57,211 nt of DNA from a virus (lineage: Duplodnaviria > Caudoviricetes). The stretch covers positions 1-57,211 of the IMG/VR virus record IMGVR_UViG_3300025632_000017; one strand, written 5' to 3'. Under the pieces are notes generated by a model. That model saw nothing but the letters and a program-made list of their open reading frames with translations, was not told the DNA's origin and did no database searches. Below, one piece after another: positions 36,945 to 46,641 of this stretch (position 1 is its first letter; the number at the start of each line of letters is the position of its first letter). The position numbers and the translations under genes are program-made.

Positions 36945-37202
36945 TTACTTATTCCCTAACTGCATCCATACTGCACCAGCTATGAATGTTATAATTGCGA
37001 TTGTTGTTACCTTTACAAATGTACTCCAGATACCTTTACGTGTATCACGCCACACTTCTAATAGGTCTCGCATTTCGTTGATGTCTTTGGCAGCATTAGT
37101 ATCATGCAAACCTATAGCTGACAAAGCCTGCTTAGCTCCACGTCTTGCAGCCCTGTCTAGCATAGCTTCTAGCTCGTCTGGTGTCAAGGATATAGATGTC
37201 AT
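36945..37202 (-). CDS. Small protein with C-terminal TM (DUF6127-like)
   Basis: ELEAMLDRAARRGAKQAL..GL.D..A.KDI.EMRDLL. Confidence 0.6.
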   Translation of the reverse strand: MTSISLTPDELEAMLDRAARRGAKQALSAIGLHDTNAAKDINEMRDLLEVWRDTRKGIWSTFVKVTTIAIITFIAGAVWMQLGNK

Positions 37203-37208
37203 ATTACT

Positions 37209-39068
37209 CTACCTGAATATAACTAGTGAAACCTGAGGGAAGTCAAGCACTGTGTTGTAGTTACCATCATTTGTACCAGAAACATAACCGCCTTTGACCC
37301 TTACAGATGTAGTTGTAATATCACCTGTTGAGTTAGGTTGACAATGATAAACCCAATGCGGTCTATCTGTTCTGTGTCTGGTAGGCAGACAGTGTACTGA
37401 ATAGTTAGTATCAGGCATAGCTGTAGTGAAGTTAATAGTGTAATCACCCGGGCCGTTTCTTGTTACCGAACTAACATTGCCTGATGCGTTAATACTACCG
37501 TTATAGCCGTTAAAGCTAACCCAAGCCCTAGCACCGTAGTAAGGAGCCGTACCCGTGGTCACGTCTAAAGGTGAAAACTCATCTACAGCAGCCTTAACTT
37601 TAGCTGGAGATACGAGACTTTCAGTAGTGCTAGTACCAGCTTCCCAAGTAGCTTCTGTCTGAGTGGATGCTTCATACTTACTATTTAGTGCTGTCTGCAA
37701 GCCATCAACATTAGAGATAACATGGTTGTGACTGTCATCAGCAATAGTAGCTGTAATAGTTGCGTTAGCTGTGCCGTTAAAAGAGGCACTACCAGAGACA
37801 TCACCTGTAAGAGATATGGTTCTGGAAGTTTCTAGTGCTGTAGCTGTAGCGGCATTACCTGAAATACCGCCCGATACTGTGCCTGTTACGTTCCCTACCA
37901 AATCACCTGTGACATTACCCACGACTGAACCTGTATGAACGCCATTTGTATTGCCTGTAACATCTCCTACCAAAGCACCTTCAAATGTATTTGCTACAAA
38001 TGTCTCACTGCCTACAGTCCACTTATCGTCTGCTTCGTTCCATATAAGTGTTTTGTTAGCGGCTGTACCACGCTCAATCTCAATGCCACCATTCTGTGTA
38101 GGTGTGCCTGTCTCATTAGAGTTGAGAACAATCTGGTTATCTGCAAGGTTGAGTGTCTCAGTGTTTACGGTGGTAGTAGTCCCGTTTACTGTTAAGTTGC
38201 CATTAACTACAGTGTTGTTAAAAGTGACATCTGATGTAGTGCCTACAGCCTGACCAATAGCAACAGTACCATTAGTAATACTAACACCCGTACCGCCAGA
38301 GAAGTGAGCACGTGTCTCAGCAGCACTAGGGCCAGTGTATGTAAAAGTACCAGCAGAGTAGGTCAGGCTACCGTCACCACCAGTGTCAGTGACACTAAAA
38401 GCAGCCTTAGCTGCTGCAGTAGCACGTGCATCTGTGTAGTATAGGTTAGTTGTGCCTTCTGCTACAGTGTCTGTATTACCCTGTGTAAAACTAATAACGC
38501 CTGTACCTGAGTTGTAGCTAAGGCTACCCGTAGCTGACACAGAAGATCTAGCACGAGCAGTAGTAAAGTACTGGTTAGTTGAGCCTTCACTGATGACATC
38601 TGTGTCATGGTTAGATACGTCAGATACTGTACCTGTTACATTACCCGTGACGTTACCTGTTACATTACCAGTGACGTTACCTGTTACATTACCAGTGACA
38701 CCGCCTGTAGCTGTTATAATACCTGTAACACCAAGAGTACCACCTACTGTCGCATTAGCTGATACAGTTAAGGCATCTGTGTCTACAGTACCATCAAACC
38801 AAGCATTCTTATATTGTACAGCGGCTGTACCTAAGTCCAGAGTGTTAGTAGTCTTAGGCGTAAGAGCAGTACCTGAAACAATGAGGTCTTGCGCTGGGCC
38901 TACCTTAGTGATGGGCGCACCTTCACCTGCAGTACCGTCATGAGCGTGACCAGTAGATGCGTTAAACCCTGCCTCAATGGCATTGTACTCAGCATCAAAG
39001 TCATCCGCATCAATAACGTTACCGTTAGCAATGTTGTTTGCTGTATCCTGACGTGTATAACCTGCCAT
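37209..39068 (-). CDS. Tail fibre protein
   Basis: HAHDG N-terminus, VTGN repeats, C-terminal ARAWVSFNG...NVSSVT..G.Y.INF module. Confidence 0.8.
   Translation of the reverse strand: MAGYTRQDTANNIANGNVIDADDFDAEYNAIEAGFNASTGHAHDGTAGEGAPITKVGPAQDLIVSGTALTPKTTNTLDLGTAAVQYKNAWFDGTVDTDALTVSANATVGGTLGVTGIITATGGVTGNVTGNVTGNVTGNVTGNVTGTVSDVSNHDTDVISEGSTNQYFTTARARSSVSATGSLSYNSGTGVISFTQGNTDTVAEGTTNLYYTDARATAAAKAAFSVTDTGGDGSLTYSAGTFTYTGPSAAETRAHFSGGTGVSITNGTVAIGQAVGTTSDVTFNNTVVNGNLTVNGTTTTVNTETLNLADNQIVLNSNETGTPTQNGGIEIERGTAANKTLIWNEADDKWTVGSETFVANTFEGALVGDVTGNTNGVHTGSVVGNVTGDLVGNVTGTVSGGISGNAATATALETSRTISLTGDVSGSASFNGTANATITATIADDSHNHVISNVDGLQTALNSKYEASTQTEATWEAGTSTTESLVSPAKVKAAVDEFSPLDVTTGTAPYYGARAWVSFNGYNGSINASGNVSSVTRNGPGDYTINFTTAMPDTNYSVHCLPTRHRTDRPHWVYHCQPNSTGDITTTSVRVKGGYVSGTNDGNYNTVLDFPQVSLVIFR
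38628..38700. repeat. 12-bp coding tandem repeat (VTGN)n
   Basis: Degenerate tandem units. Confidence 0.8.
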
Positions 39069-39078
39069 GTTTTAGTCC

Positions 39079-40617
39079 TTACTGTCTATCGTTCTGTCTA
39101 AACTCTAGCAGGGCTGTGTCTAGAGTGAATGTAGGGTTTATAGAATTGTCTTCAATACGAAGGGCTATAGTCTTACCTGAGCCAATAATATTTGTGTTGT
39201 AGATCTTGTCTAACTCACCCCCGTATGTAGAGGTGTTAAACACAGAGTTAGATTCCCCAAATATGAATACAGATGTACCCGTACTTTCTACGCTCTGTGT
39301 AGCGGGTTGTATAACACCTGTGTTTGTAGATGAACCAAAGTCATACTTAACGTTAAGATCCAGAGTCATACTGCCAGTAGGTTCTGCATACAGTGTCATC
39401 TTGTAGAATGACTTACGCATCTGAGGATCAGACAGAGGCATATAGGGTGACTCGTAAATAGCCTCAATAGGTAGCCCATCAAAGCTTGATCCTGTATCTA
39501 ACTCATATACATAGCCATCCGTATTAGCAAAAGCAATAGTCTCAGCTGTATCTGTGTACCTACTGTCTGCTACAAAAGCTTTTACCCCCTTAGTTGTAGA
39601 CCAGCTAATACCAGACGCACCCTGTGATACAAACTTAGTAGCGATTAAGCCTTTAGATGCTTCATGTTGTTCTGACTCTATATAAGCAAAGATATGATAC
39701 TGAGCTTTCTCTCTCATAAGTACAGAACAGAAGTTAGGCGTACTGCCAAGGAACGTGGTAGCATCCTTAGCTATAGGATCAGAAGCAATATCCAACCCAA
39801 AGTCACCAATGCGATCCGTAGCACTCAGCAAGCGGATACCATCAGGAGCAAGGTACATAATGTCACCACCAACTTCCTGAATAGTGTCACCATTAACACA
39901 GCCAATACGGTCTGTAATAGGTGCTACCTGAAAGTCTGCTGCGGTGTTACCTGTTATGCGTTTAATGCTGTCAGTAGTAAAGACTATAAGCTGGTCACGG
40001 AAGACAGCTAGACCTGTTATCTCATTAGCTACGTTGATAGAGCCAGCGCCATTAGCTGCACTAAAGTCATCTACAGTAAAGGGTGCAGTAAAGTATAGGT
40101 TGTTACCCTTGGCGTAGAATGCTGTATCCTTAAACACTGCTACATTCTCTGCACCTAGTACATCTGTGCTACCTGTAATAGCTGTGAGAGTATTGCCTGA
40201 TGTGTTGTACGTAGCAGGGTAGTTATTACTATCTACAAAGATAACTTTATCGTCACCGTCTAGGTTATATAGAACATGCTTAGCCTTACCACCAAGCAAA
40301 GGTCTTGCACCCATGGATGTCCACGTAGTACCTGTGCCGTAGTAGTACTCTGTTACGTTAGAACCGTTCTGTCTAGCTACAACAATACGCCCAGAGCTTA
40401 TCACTTTGAGTGCTAGGATAGGGCCAGACCCAGGTACAGCTGCAGTGCTAAACTTCTCAAAGCCTTTGATCTTAGAGTAGCCACCCTCTTTGCTAGACTC
40501 AAAGTTCTGCAAGATAGTAGCAGAACCCACAGCATTACTACCCTGTTGTAAAGGGCTAAGGTTAGAGATGAGACCGCCTCTAAACTCAATAGGGAATGTC
40601 TGCCACTGTGTAGCCAT
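39079..40617 (-). CDS. Tail nozzle / stabilisation protein
   Basis: FRGGL start, beta-rich, 512 aa, follows adaptor. Confidence 0.7.
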   Translation of the reverse strand: MATQWQTFPIEFRGGLISNLSPLQQGSNAVGSATILQNFESSKEGGYSKIKGFEKFSTAAVPGSGPILALKVISSGRIVVARQNGSNVTEYYYGTGTTWTSMGARPLLGGKAKHVLYNLDGDDKVIFVDSNNYPATYNTSGNTLTAITGSTDVLGAENVAVFKDTAFYAKGNNLYFTAPFTVDDFSAANGAGSINVANEITGLAVFRDQLIVFTTDSIKRITGNTAADFQVAPITDRIGCVNGDTIQEVGGDIMYLAPDGIRLLSATDRIGDFGLDIASDPIAKDATTFLGSTPNFCSVLMREKAQYHIFAYIESEQHEASKGLIATKFVSQGASGISWSTTKGVKAFVADSRYTDTAETIAFANTDGYVYELDTGSSFDGLPIEAIYESPYMPLSDPQMRKSFYKMTLYAEPTGSMTLDLNVKYDFGSSTNTGVIQPATQSVESTGTSVFIFGESNSVFNTSTYGGELDKIYNTNIIGSGKTIALRIEDNSINPTFTLDTALLEFRQNDRQ

Positions 40618-41306
40618 TAGTAATATACTCTCGTGTCTCGCAGGTATTCAGTGCGATTAATATGTAAGCTACGTAATTGTTTAATGCCTTGCTCAAACTT
40701 TTGTAGTGCTAATTGTGATGCCTGCATGTCACCACGGAACTGATAAACGTAGTACATAGCGCCATCAACGATGGTATAACGGTATTGCTCAGGGAGTGTA
40801 GGTACATCTGTAGAAAGCTCTAGATCGTAGCCTGTACGGAAGTACTCATACACTACTTCATACTCTTTATCGGGAGTAGGGTAAAAGATCAACTCTCTAC
40901 TAGGTGTACGTACAACATGCGTTGGTGTATTTCTTATACTTGTGGTAGAGTTATACTCAGTATCTGCATACTTGTCAAGCCATTCTTCGTATGTTAGTAC
41001 TTTTAGTTTGACTGTACCAACATTAAGATCATCATCACGCTTGATGCGGAAGGTGTTCATGTTAATAGTTTTACTATCATAAGGCATACTATAACGTACT
41101 TCACCGGGAAGTAGTACTTCTGTTTCTTCTACATGGTTCCACGGCCACTCAAACTCTTCCTGATTGACATGGCGAATAGCTGAGTTAACAGCATCCTTAG
41201 CAAAGCTGTAGTAGCCTGTAGCTGTAGGGAAGTTAGCACTCGTAAGTTCTACTTCATTAAGGCGGCGGTTAATATCGTTAACTAGGCTAATGTAGTCGTA
41301 TGCCAT
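40617..41306 (-). CDS. Head-tail adaptor (tail tubular protein)
   Basis: LVNDINRRLNEV, WPW, FYPTPD..Y, P.LPEQY...IVDGA. Confidence 0.7.
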   Translation of the reverse strand: MAYDYISLVNDINRRLNEVELTSANFPTATGYYSFAKDAVNSAIRHVNQEEFEWPWNHVEETEVLLPGEVRYSMPYDSKTINMNTFRIKRDDDLNVGTVKLKVLTYEEWLDKYADTEYNSTTSIRNTPTHVVRTPSRELIFYPTPDKEYEVVYEYFRTGYDLELSTDVPTLPEQYRYTIVDGAMYYVYQFRGDMQASQLALQKFEQGIKQLRSLHINRTEYLRDTRVYY

Positions 41307-41308
41307 TC

Positions 41309-41626
41309 TTACTTCTCCTTGACACGCAGAAATACGCTGCGCTCATACTGTAATCCGCCTATTGTGGTTATCTTACACGTAATTCTGTAACGTTTATTAT
41401 TTGTACCTAAACTCAAGCGGATAGTAGCCACAGTTGTAGTGTTAGTAGCCTGTACAAACTGTAGCCCATCTACAACATCTGTATTGTTCACTTCTGTTTT
41501 AACACCTACTGCGTCATCAATATACCAAGTGACGCCAGAAACAGCATCACCACTCAAGAAACGAGACCAGTCTATGCTGTAATCAAGTAACTCATCTTTA
41601 TCTTTATCAGGCCACTTATATGACAT
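41309..41626 (-). CDS. Putative tail-associated adaptor protein
   Basis: KDKDELLDYSIDW motif. Confidence 0.6.
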   Translation of the reverse strand: MSYKWPDKDKDELLDYSIDWSRFLSGDAVSGVTWYIDDAVGVKTEVNNTDVVDGLQFVQATNTTTVATIRLSLGTNNKRYRITCKITTIGGLQYERSVFLRVKEK

Positions 41627-41636
41627 AGGCTATCCT

Positions 41637-42500
41637 TTAGGCTGCAATATTTACTGTTCTGCTTGCTGAGAATACAGCGTCTATAACTATTGTTCTGTTA
41701 TCTTCTGCTATATGTACAACGTGATTTAAGGGTTGAGGATTGGTGTATAACGTCCTGTCTCTACTGTAAGCATCTGCCTCAAAGGGGAAGTTGACAGCAG
41801 TAACTGTAACAGCTGATACCGCAGTTGTACCTACTACGTCTTCTAGTCTCTCTGCTACATTTACTATTACAGGGTTGATTGTAGCAGTTGCTACTACCGA
41901 AAGCAAGGACTCTGATACGTCAATCTCAAAAGAGTCTAGGCTGGTAGGTTCCACAGTACCCTGTGCTGAAACACCTACTATAGACTGTAAGGAGTCAGCG
42001 TGTGGTATGATAGCAGTAACACTACCTGTAGCAGAAGCGCTATCTAGAAGCTCTGAGATATGTACCGTTAAACTACCTGCAAAACCCGTAGCCGATACAG
42101 AAAGAAGGTTCTCACTAATATCAATCTCAAAGCCACCTGCACTAACAGGCTCTAAAGCAGTTGAACCTGATACTGAAGCAAGTGTATGATTACCTTTAGC
42201 ATCGTACCCTACAGTAGCTACATTTCCTGTAGCGGATACACTGGAGAGTAGTTCAGAGAGGTTAACCTGTACTGTACCAACAGATACTGTAGCACCAACA
42301 GAGTTTGTAACTTCATCAGGGTTTAGTGTTAGACTACCTACCGTACCTGTAGCTGATACAGACGCTAGTAGTTCAGATACATTAACAGTTGTAGCTGTTA
42401 TGCTACCCGTAGATAGTACAGACGCTAGAGCTACGACAGCAGATATACCAGCCTGAGATGCAGCTAAAGGTGTTGTAGCTAGTGGGGTAAAGCCAAACAT
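41637..42500 (-). CDS. S/V/A/T-rich repeat virion protein
   Basis: MFGFTPLATTPLA start; repeated L.SVSATG.V. Confidence 0.65.
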   Translation of the reverse strand: MFGFTPLATTPLAASQAGISAVVALASVLSTGSITATTVNVSELLASVSATGTVGSLTLNPDEVTNSVGATVSVGTVQVNLSELLSSVSATGNVATVGYDAKGNHTLASVSGSTALEPVSAGGFEIDISENLLSVSATGFAGSLTVHISELLDSASATGSVTAIIPHADSLQSIVGVSAQGTVEPTSLDSFEIDVSESLLSVVATATINPVIVNVAERLEDVVGTTAVSAVTVTAVNFPFEADAYSRDRTLYTNPQPLNHVVHIAEDNRTIVIDAVFSASRTVNIAA

Positions 42501-42520
42501 ACTGTATTACTCTCTACGCA

Positions 42521-42913
42521 TTAGGGTTTAGTGGGCCATGTAATGTCAGCGGGAAAGCCAGATTGCTGTGGTACATCCCTTAGTAAAGAACGATAAGCAG
42601 CCCATGCAGCTTGATCTACAGGAGCATCAGCAACCTGTGTCCAGTCAGATGAGGTCAAGAGTGCATCACGTTCTTGACGGGCTATTATAGCAGGGTCTAC
42701 TGGCTCAGGTTCTGGCTCAGGTTCTGGCTCAGGTATGTCCTCTACAGCCCAAGCTGTACCATCCCAACGTGCCAACTGTGCGTCTGTTGTTGAGGGTGGC
42801 GCAGTCTCTACGCAACCTGCTGGGATAAGCATATTGCTTTCATCCATAGGGTCTTGGTCTGCTGTTGTGATGCCTATGAAGACACCATCAATGTCGGTTT
42901 GATATACGTTCAT
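42521..42913 (-). CDS. Tail fibre assembly chaperone
   Basis: RQERDALL..SDWTQ..D.P...WAAYR..LRDVPQQ.GFP..ITWPTKP. Confidence 0.85.
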   Translation of the reverse strand: MNVYQTDIDGVFIGITTADQDPMDESNMLIPAGCVETAPPSTTDAQLARWDGTAWAVEDIPEPEPEPEPEPVDPAIIARQERDALLTSSDWTQVADAPVDQAAWAAYRSLLRDVPQQSGFPADITWPTKP

Positions 42914-42925
42914 ATCTGTGTCTCC

Positions 42926-45571
42926 TTAGTATTTGATGCAGGCTAGAAGGGCTATGTTGCGTGGGCGAGTTTCACCGCTTGTAGATGACGAAACACGGGC
43001 GCTAGGTGAGTTAGCAGAATCAAAGTCCAATCTTGTAGCGTTTCCATATCCAATACCTGAGTTTCGTGCGCCACCTACCCTATAATCATTAAACACACCA
43101 CTGCCCGACCCAATATTAAAGTGTTCAGCAGATGTATTATATCCACCTGTAAGCCTCTGCATTTGGTCAAGCTGTGAGCTACCAAAGCTACGTCCACTAT
43201 CAACACCACGACTGTCATCCCAGCCACGGATAAATTCACCACGAAGGTCAGGCACGTTAAACGACCCACCAGAGCCACCATATGTATAGCCGATAGCTGA
43301 GAATAGGTCTGGATATGCACTTGTGCCTAGTGATGCACCGTTAGCTTTGATATAACCAGACGGGGCAGAGCTACCTGCGTGATATATGATAGAGCCAGCG
43401 GGAGCACCTGCGTCAATACCTGTTAAGTTAGAACCATTACCTGTAAAGTTAGAGGCTGATACGGTGCCGTCTGCAGTAAAATTACCGTTTTCTTCAAAAT
43501 GAAATCTGTCACCGACTCCATTAAAATGCAGCGACATGGACGACCGGCTATTTCGCGTGTCATGGACAAGCCAAATATAGTTAGCATCAGCACTGGTGTT
43601 TTTAAGACCAAGCATATATCTTTGGGTTGATTCTAAATATATAGGATAAGCTGATCCAGAACTAATGCTTAACCATCCGCCTGTTCCCGTGAAACCAGCA
43701 CCCATGCTAACTCTGCTATTAGCATGGATGCGCATTGCTTCAGTGCCATTGGTACTAGAAGTTACATCAGTGGTATTATTAACAAAGAAACTTAAGTAAC
43801 CACCGCCATTTGTTCTTCCAGCAATAATGCTATTTTGACCATTGTTACCTAGCTGCAAATGCTGCCAATCTAATGTGGATCTATAGCTATCAGTACCATT
43901 ATATCTAACATTTAGTTGTCCTGTAGATTCAATAGTCAAACTTCCATTCATGTTGTCAGAAGTGTCACTACGCAGATAAGATGACCCCTGCACACCATCC
44001 AAGAGATCAGCATCTAGGCCAGAGCCTGAGCCGTCCGTTGTGCTGGTCCATACTTCACTCCAGCTTAACCAACTATTGTTATTATCGTTTCGTGAACGTA
44101 TCCACGTTCTGTTGTTGCTACCATAGTATGTTGCAAGTTGTGTACCTTCATTAGAACCGTTACCCGCAAAATTGTAGACATTTACATAGCTAGTAGGATA
44201 ATTCCCAGTACCGCCTGTCCCCCTTGATGTAGCCCAAAAGCTGTCTGGATCGTAAGTATCAATGTTTTGAGTTTCACGATTAAAGTGCATATCTAGCGTT
44301 GTGTTTGTATGAGTATGACTGTCATTAGCCACCGTCACACTCAGCGTAGCATTACCTGAGCCATCCCAAGAGACAGAACCGGATGCGTCACCGCTTAGGG
44401 AGAGGGTACGTGCAGTGGTCCACTTGTCGGCATTGGGGTGGTAGTCATCGTGGAATATGTATTTGTTGGTGCCTGATGTGCCTACACGATAATGCAATAA
44501 CCCTGTTTCAGTGAAACCCATACGAGCAATCTCGCCAGTGGTATTGGCATACTTAATAACAGAATAGTAATTACCATCACTGCGATTAACGGTAAGTTGA
44601 TCTGCGAAACCACCAGAAGCAAGTGTAAGAGTACCACTCATAGTATCGCCAGTGACATTCACAAAACGTGAGTCTGCTTCTGTCTCTGTATAGTAGCGAC
44701 CATCAAGGTTAGCAGAAGAAATACCTGTAATATGCCCATACGTATCAAGAGTAATGTCTTGAATGACTGTGCCATTAGAGTTGTCCACAGAGGCTTGGCT
44801 AGATGTGTCAGCATGACTAATAGTACGGTTAGCAGTTAAGTCTCCACCACCAGTAAGACCACTACCTGCTGAAACGGTAATAGTCTTATTAGCTTTAGTG
44901 CCAATATTAGTAGCTGTAGTAGTAGCAAAGTTTGGATCGTCACCAAGCGCAGCAGCTAACTCATTAAGCGTATCAAGCGTACCTGGTGCAGAATCAACAA
45001 TATTAGCTACAGCTGTATCGGCGTAGCTAGTGTAGTAAGAACCGTGTTGACCATCTAGAGTATCTGCATCTACGTTTAACGCATCAATGTCAGCCTTTGT
45101 TTGATCTGCAGTGGCACCAGCCTCAATCCCATTCAGCTTGCTGTGATCAGCGTCAGTGAAGACATTGCTATCTGTAGCCGCCTCGACCAATGAGCGAATT
45201 TCAGATGCCGTTTGATCACCTGTCGCACCTGTTTCAATACCTGCTAACTTGCTTTGCTCTGCATCACTAAACTCGTTGGTGTTAGCATTACTTTCATAAG
45301 CAGTCTTAATCTCTGCAGCAGTCTGATCTGCAGTAGCACCCGCTTCAATACCGTCTAGCTTACTATGATCTGCATCAGTAAATACGTTAGTGTCAACACC
45401 AGCAGTTATAAGAGCACGGATCTCTGAGTGTGTCTGGTCTCCTGTAGCACCATGTTCAATGCTGTCTAGCTTACTACCATCAGACGCAATATCACGCCCA
45501 TCAATAGTACCTTGAGCTATAATGTTACCACTAGCATCTAGCAGATCAGCTAAGTCACGTGCTTTAGTCAT
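42926..45571 (-). CDS. Tail fibre with C-terminal collar domain
   Basis: KLDGIEAGA repeats, [45 protein letters not shown]. Confidence 0.88.
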   Translation of the reverse strand: MTKARDLADLLDASGNIIAQGTIDGRDIASDGSKLDSIEHGATGDQTHSEIRALITAGVDTNVFTDADHSKLDGIEAGATADQTAAEIKTAYESNANTNEFSDAEQSKLAGIETGATGDQTASEIRSLVEAATDSNVFTDADHSKLNGIEAGATADQTKADIDALNVDADTLDGQHGSYYTSYADTAVANIVDSAPGTLDTLNELAAALGDDPNFATTTATNIGTKANKTITVSAGSGLTGGGDLTANRTISHADTSSQASVDNSNGTVIQDITLDTYGHITGISSANLDGRYYTETEADSRFVNVTGDTMSGTLTLASGGFADQLTVNRSDGNYYSVIKYANTTGEIARMGFTETGLLHYRVGTSGTNKYIFHDDYHPNADKWTTARTLSLSGDASGSVSWDGSGNATLSVTVANDSHTHTNTTLDMHFNRETQNIDTYDPDSFWATSRGTGGTGNYPTSYVNVYNFAGNGSNEGTQLATYYGSNNRTWIRSRNDNNNSWLSWSEVWTSTTDGSGSGLDADLLDGVQGSSYLRSDTSDNMNGSLTIESTGQLNVRYNGTDSYRSTLDWQHLQLGNNGQNSIIAGRTNGGGYLSFFVNNTTDVTSSTNGTEAMRIHANSRVSMGAGFTGTGGWLSISSGSAYPIYLESTQRYMLGLKNTSADANYIWLVHDTRNSRSSMSLHFNGVGDRFHFEENGNFTADGTVSASNFTGNGSNLTGIDAGAPAGSIIYHAGSSAPSGYIKANGASLGTSAYPDLFSAIGYTYGGSGGSFNVPDLRGEFIRGWDDSRGVDSGRSFGSSQLDQMQRLTGGYNTSAEHFNIGSGSGVFNDYRVGGARNSGIGYGNATRLDFDSANSPSARVSSSTSGETRPRNIALLACIKY

Positions 45572-45587
45572 GTTTAAGTCCTACGTA

Positions 45588-46001
45588 TTAGGGTTTAGTC
45601 GGCCATGTGATGTCATGTGGGAAGCCAGCTTGATCTGTGATGTTCAACAAGTCAGTGCGATACTGTGTCCACTCAGCCTGTTTAGCTGCGGTGAGGTCTG
45701 CCCAGCGGAGAGCGTTAGACACGATAGGGTCAACCTCTGTGACCAAGCGATTGTCACGCTCTGCACGAACACCTGCGGCTGCGGCTACATCTAGCTCTAC
45801 TTGTGTAGGCGGAACATATGCAGTGAAGTCATCACCGATCAGAGCCATGACTGCATCGTTGTCGATGGTTGTATCTGTGTCATAATCAGTCAGCAGGTAG
45901 GGTATCCACCCGTAATCTGGGTGGTTAATCTCCACATCAATGACTGTGTTTGCTGCGTTCTTTGATGCCGCATTACGGACTTGTGTAATTGCAATACTCA
46001 T
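45588..46001 (-). CDS. Tail fibre assembly chaperone (second)
   Basis: EINHPDYGWIP; VRAERDNRL; WTQYR...GFP..ITWPTKP. Confidence 0.8.
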   Translation of the reverse strand: MSIAITQVRNAASKNAANTVIDVEINHPDYGWIPYLLTDYDTDTTIDNDAVMALIGDDFTAYVPPTQVELDVAAAAGVRAERDNRLVTEVDPIVSNALRWADLTAAKQAEWTQYRTDLLNITDQAGFPHDITWPTKP

Positions 46002-46306
46002 TATGAAACCCTTACAGCAACAGTTAAACATTGTCGGTCTGTCCTAACCTCTTGTCCCATAGCTCTCCATGTGCCACTAGGAGTACCGCTGGGGTACTGA
46101 GAGTAAACTGCGGCGTTAAAGACGTGCCAACTTGAGTATGTTAGGCCGCTACTATAAAGAGACCCAGCATTAAAACCGCCATACCGCCCAAGAACAGCAT
46201 AACTCCCAACAGCACCAAGGTCTGTACTAGCACCCGCCCCACTCACAATATTTACAAGGTTCCTACTGTCATCAATAACCGTAGTACCATTAACTTTAAT
46301 CGCCAT
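46001..46306 (-). CDS. Small tail-fibre-related protein
   Basis: MAIKVNGTTVIDDSRN; GAVGSY...SGTWRAMG...VRVS. Confidence 0.65.
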   Translation of the reverse strand: MAIKVNGTTVIDDSRNLVNIVSGAGASTDLGAVGSYAVLGRYGGFNAGSLYSSGLTYSSWHVFNAAVYSQYPSGTPSGTWRAMGQEVRTDRQCLTVAVRVS

Positions 46307-46336
46307 CTTCGTGTCCTTCCACTATTAGCGTTATGA

Positions 46337-46639
46337 TTACCAAGGAACCCCAGCGGTAGTCGTTGGGTTCAACTCAGCGTTAATCTTGTCAGCAATGGCT
46401 GTCTCAACGTCAGCTTTCACGACAGTGTTCCAGACCCAAGCAAGCACGTTGGCTTGAGTTAAGCTATCAAATGCAATGAAGTCAGAGGCAGATGCGTCCG
46501 GTGTCCATGAGGTTGTCCCGTATGAGGAAGCAGTAGCCTCCCCATCAACACCCTCGCAGCGCCAGTGTGCCACTGTGACACCACCGTCTGCTGTGTTGCG
46601 CTCAAGATTTGCGATAGTCCATGTGTATGTAATAGCCAT
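46337..46639 (-). CDS. Small tail-region protein
   Basis: FIAFDSLTQANVLAWV...GVPW. Confidence 0.7.
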   Translation of the reverse strand: MAITYTWTIANLERNTADGGVTVAHWRCEGVDGEATASSYGTTSWTPDASASDFIAFDSLTQANVLAWVWNTVVKADVETAIADKINAELNPTTTAGVPW

Positions 46640-46641
46640 AG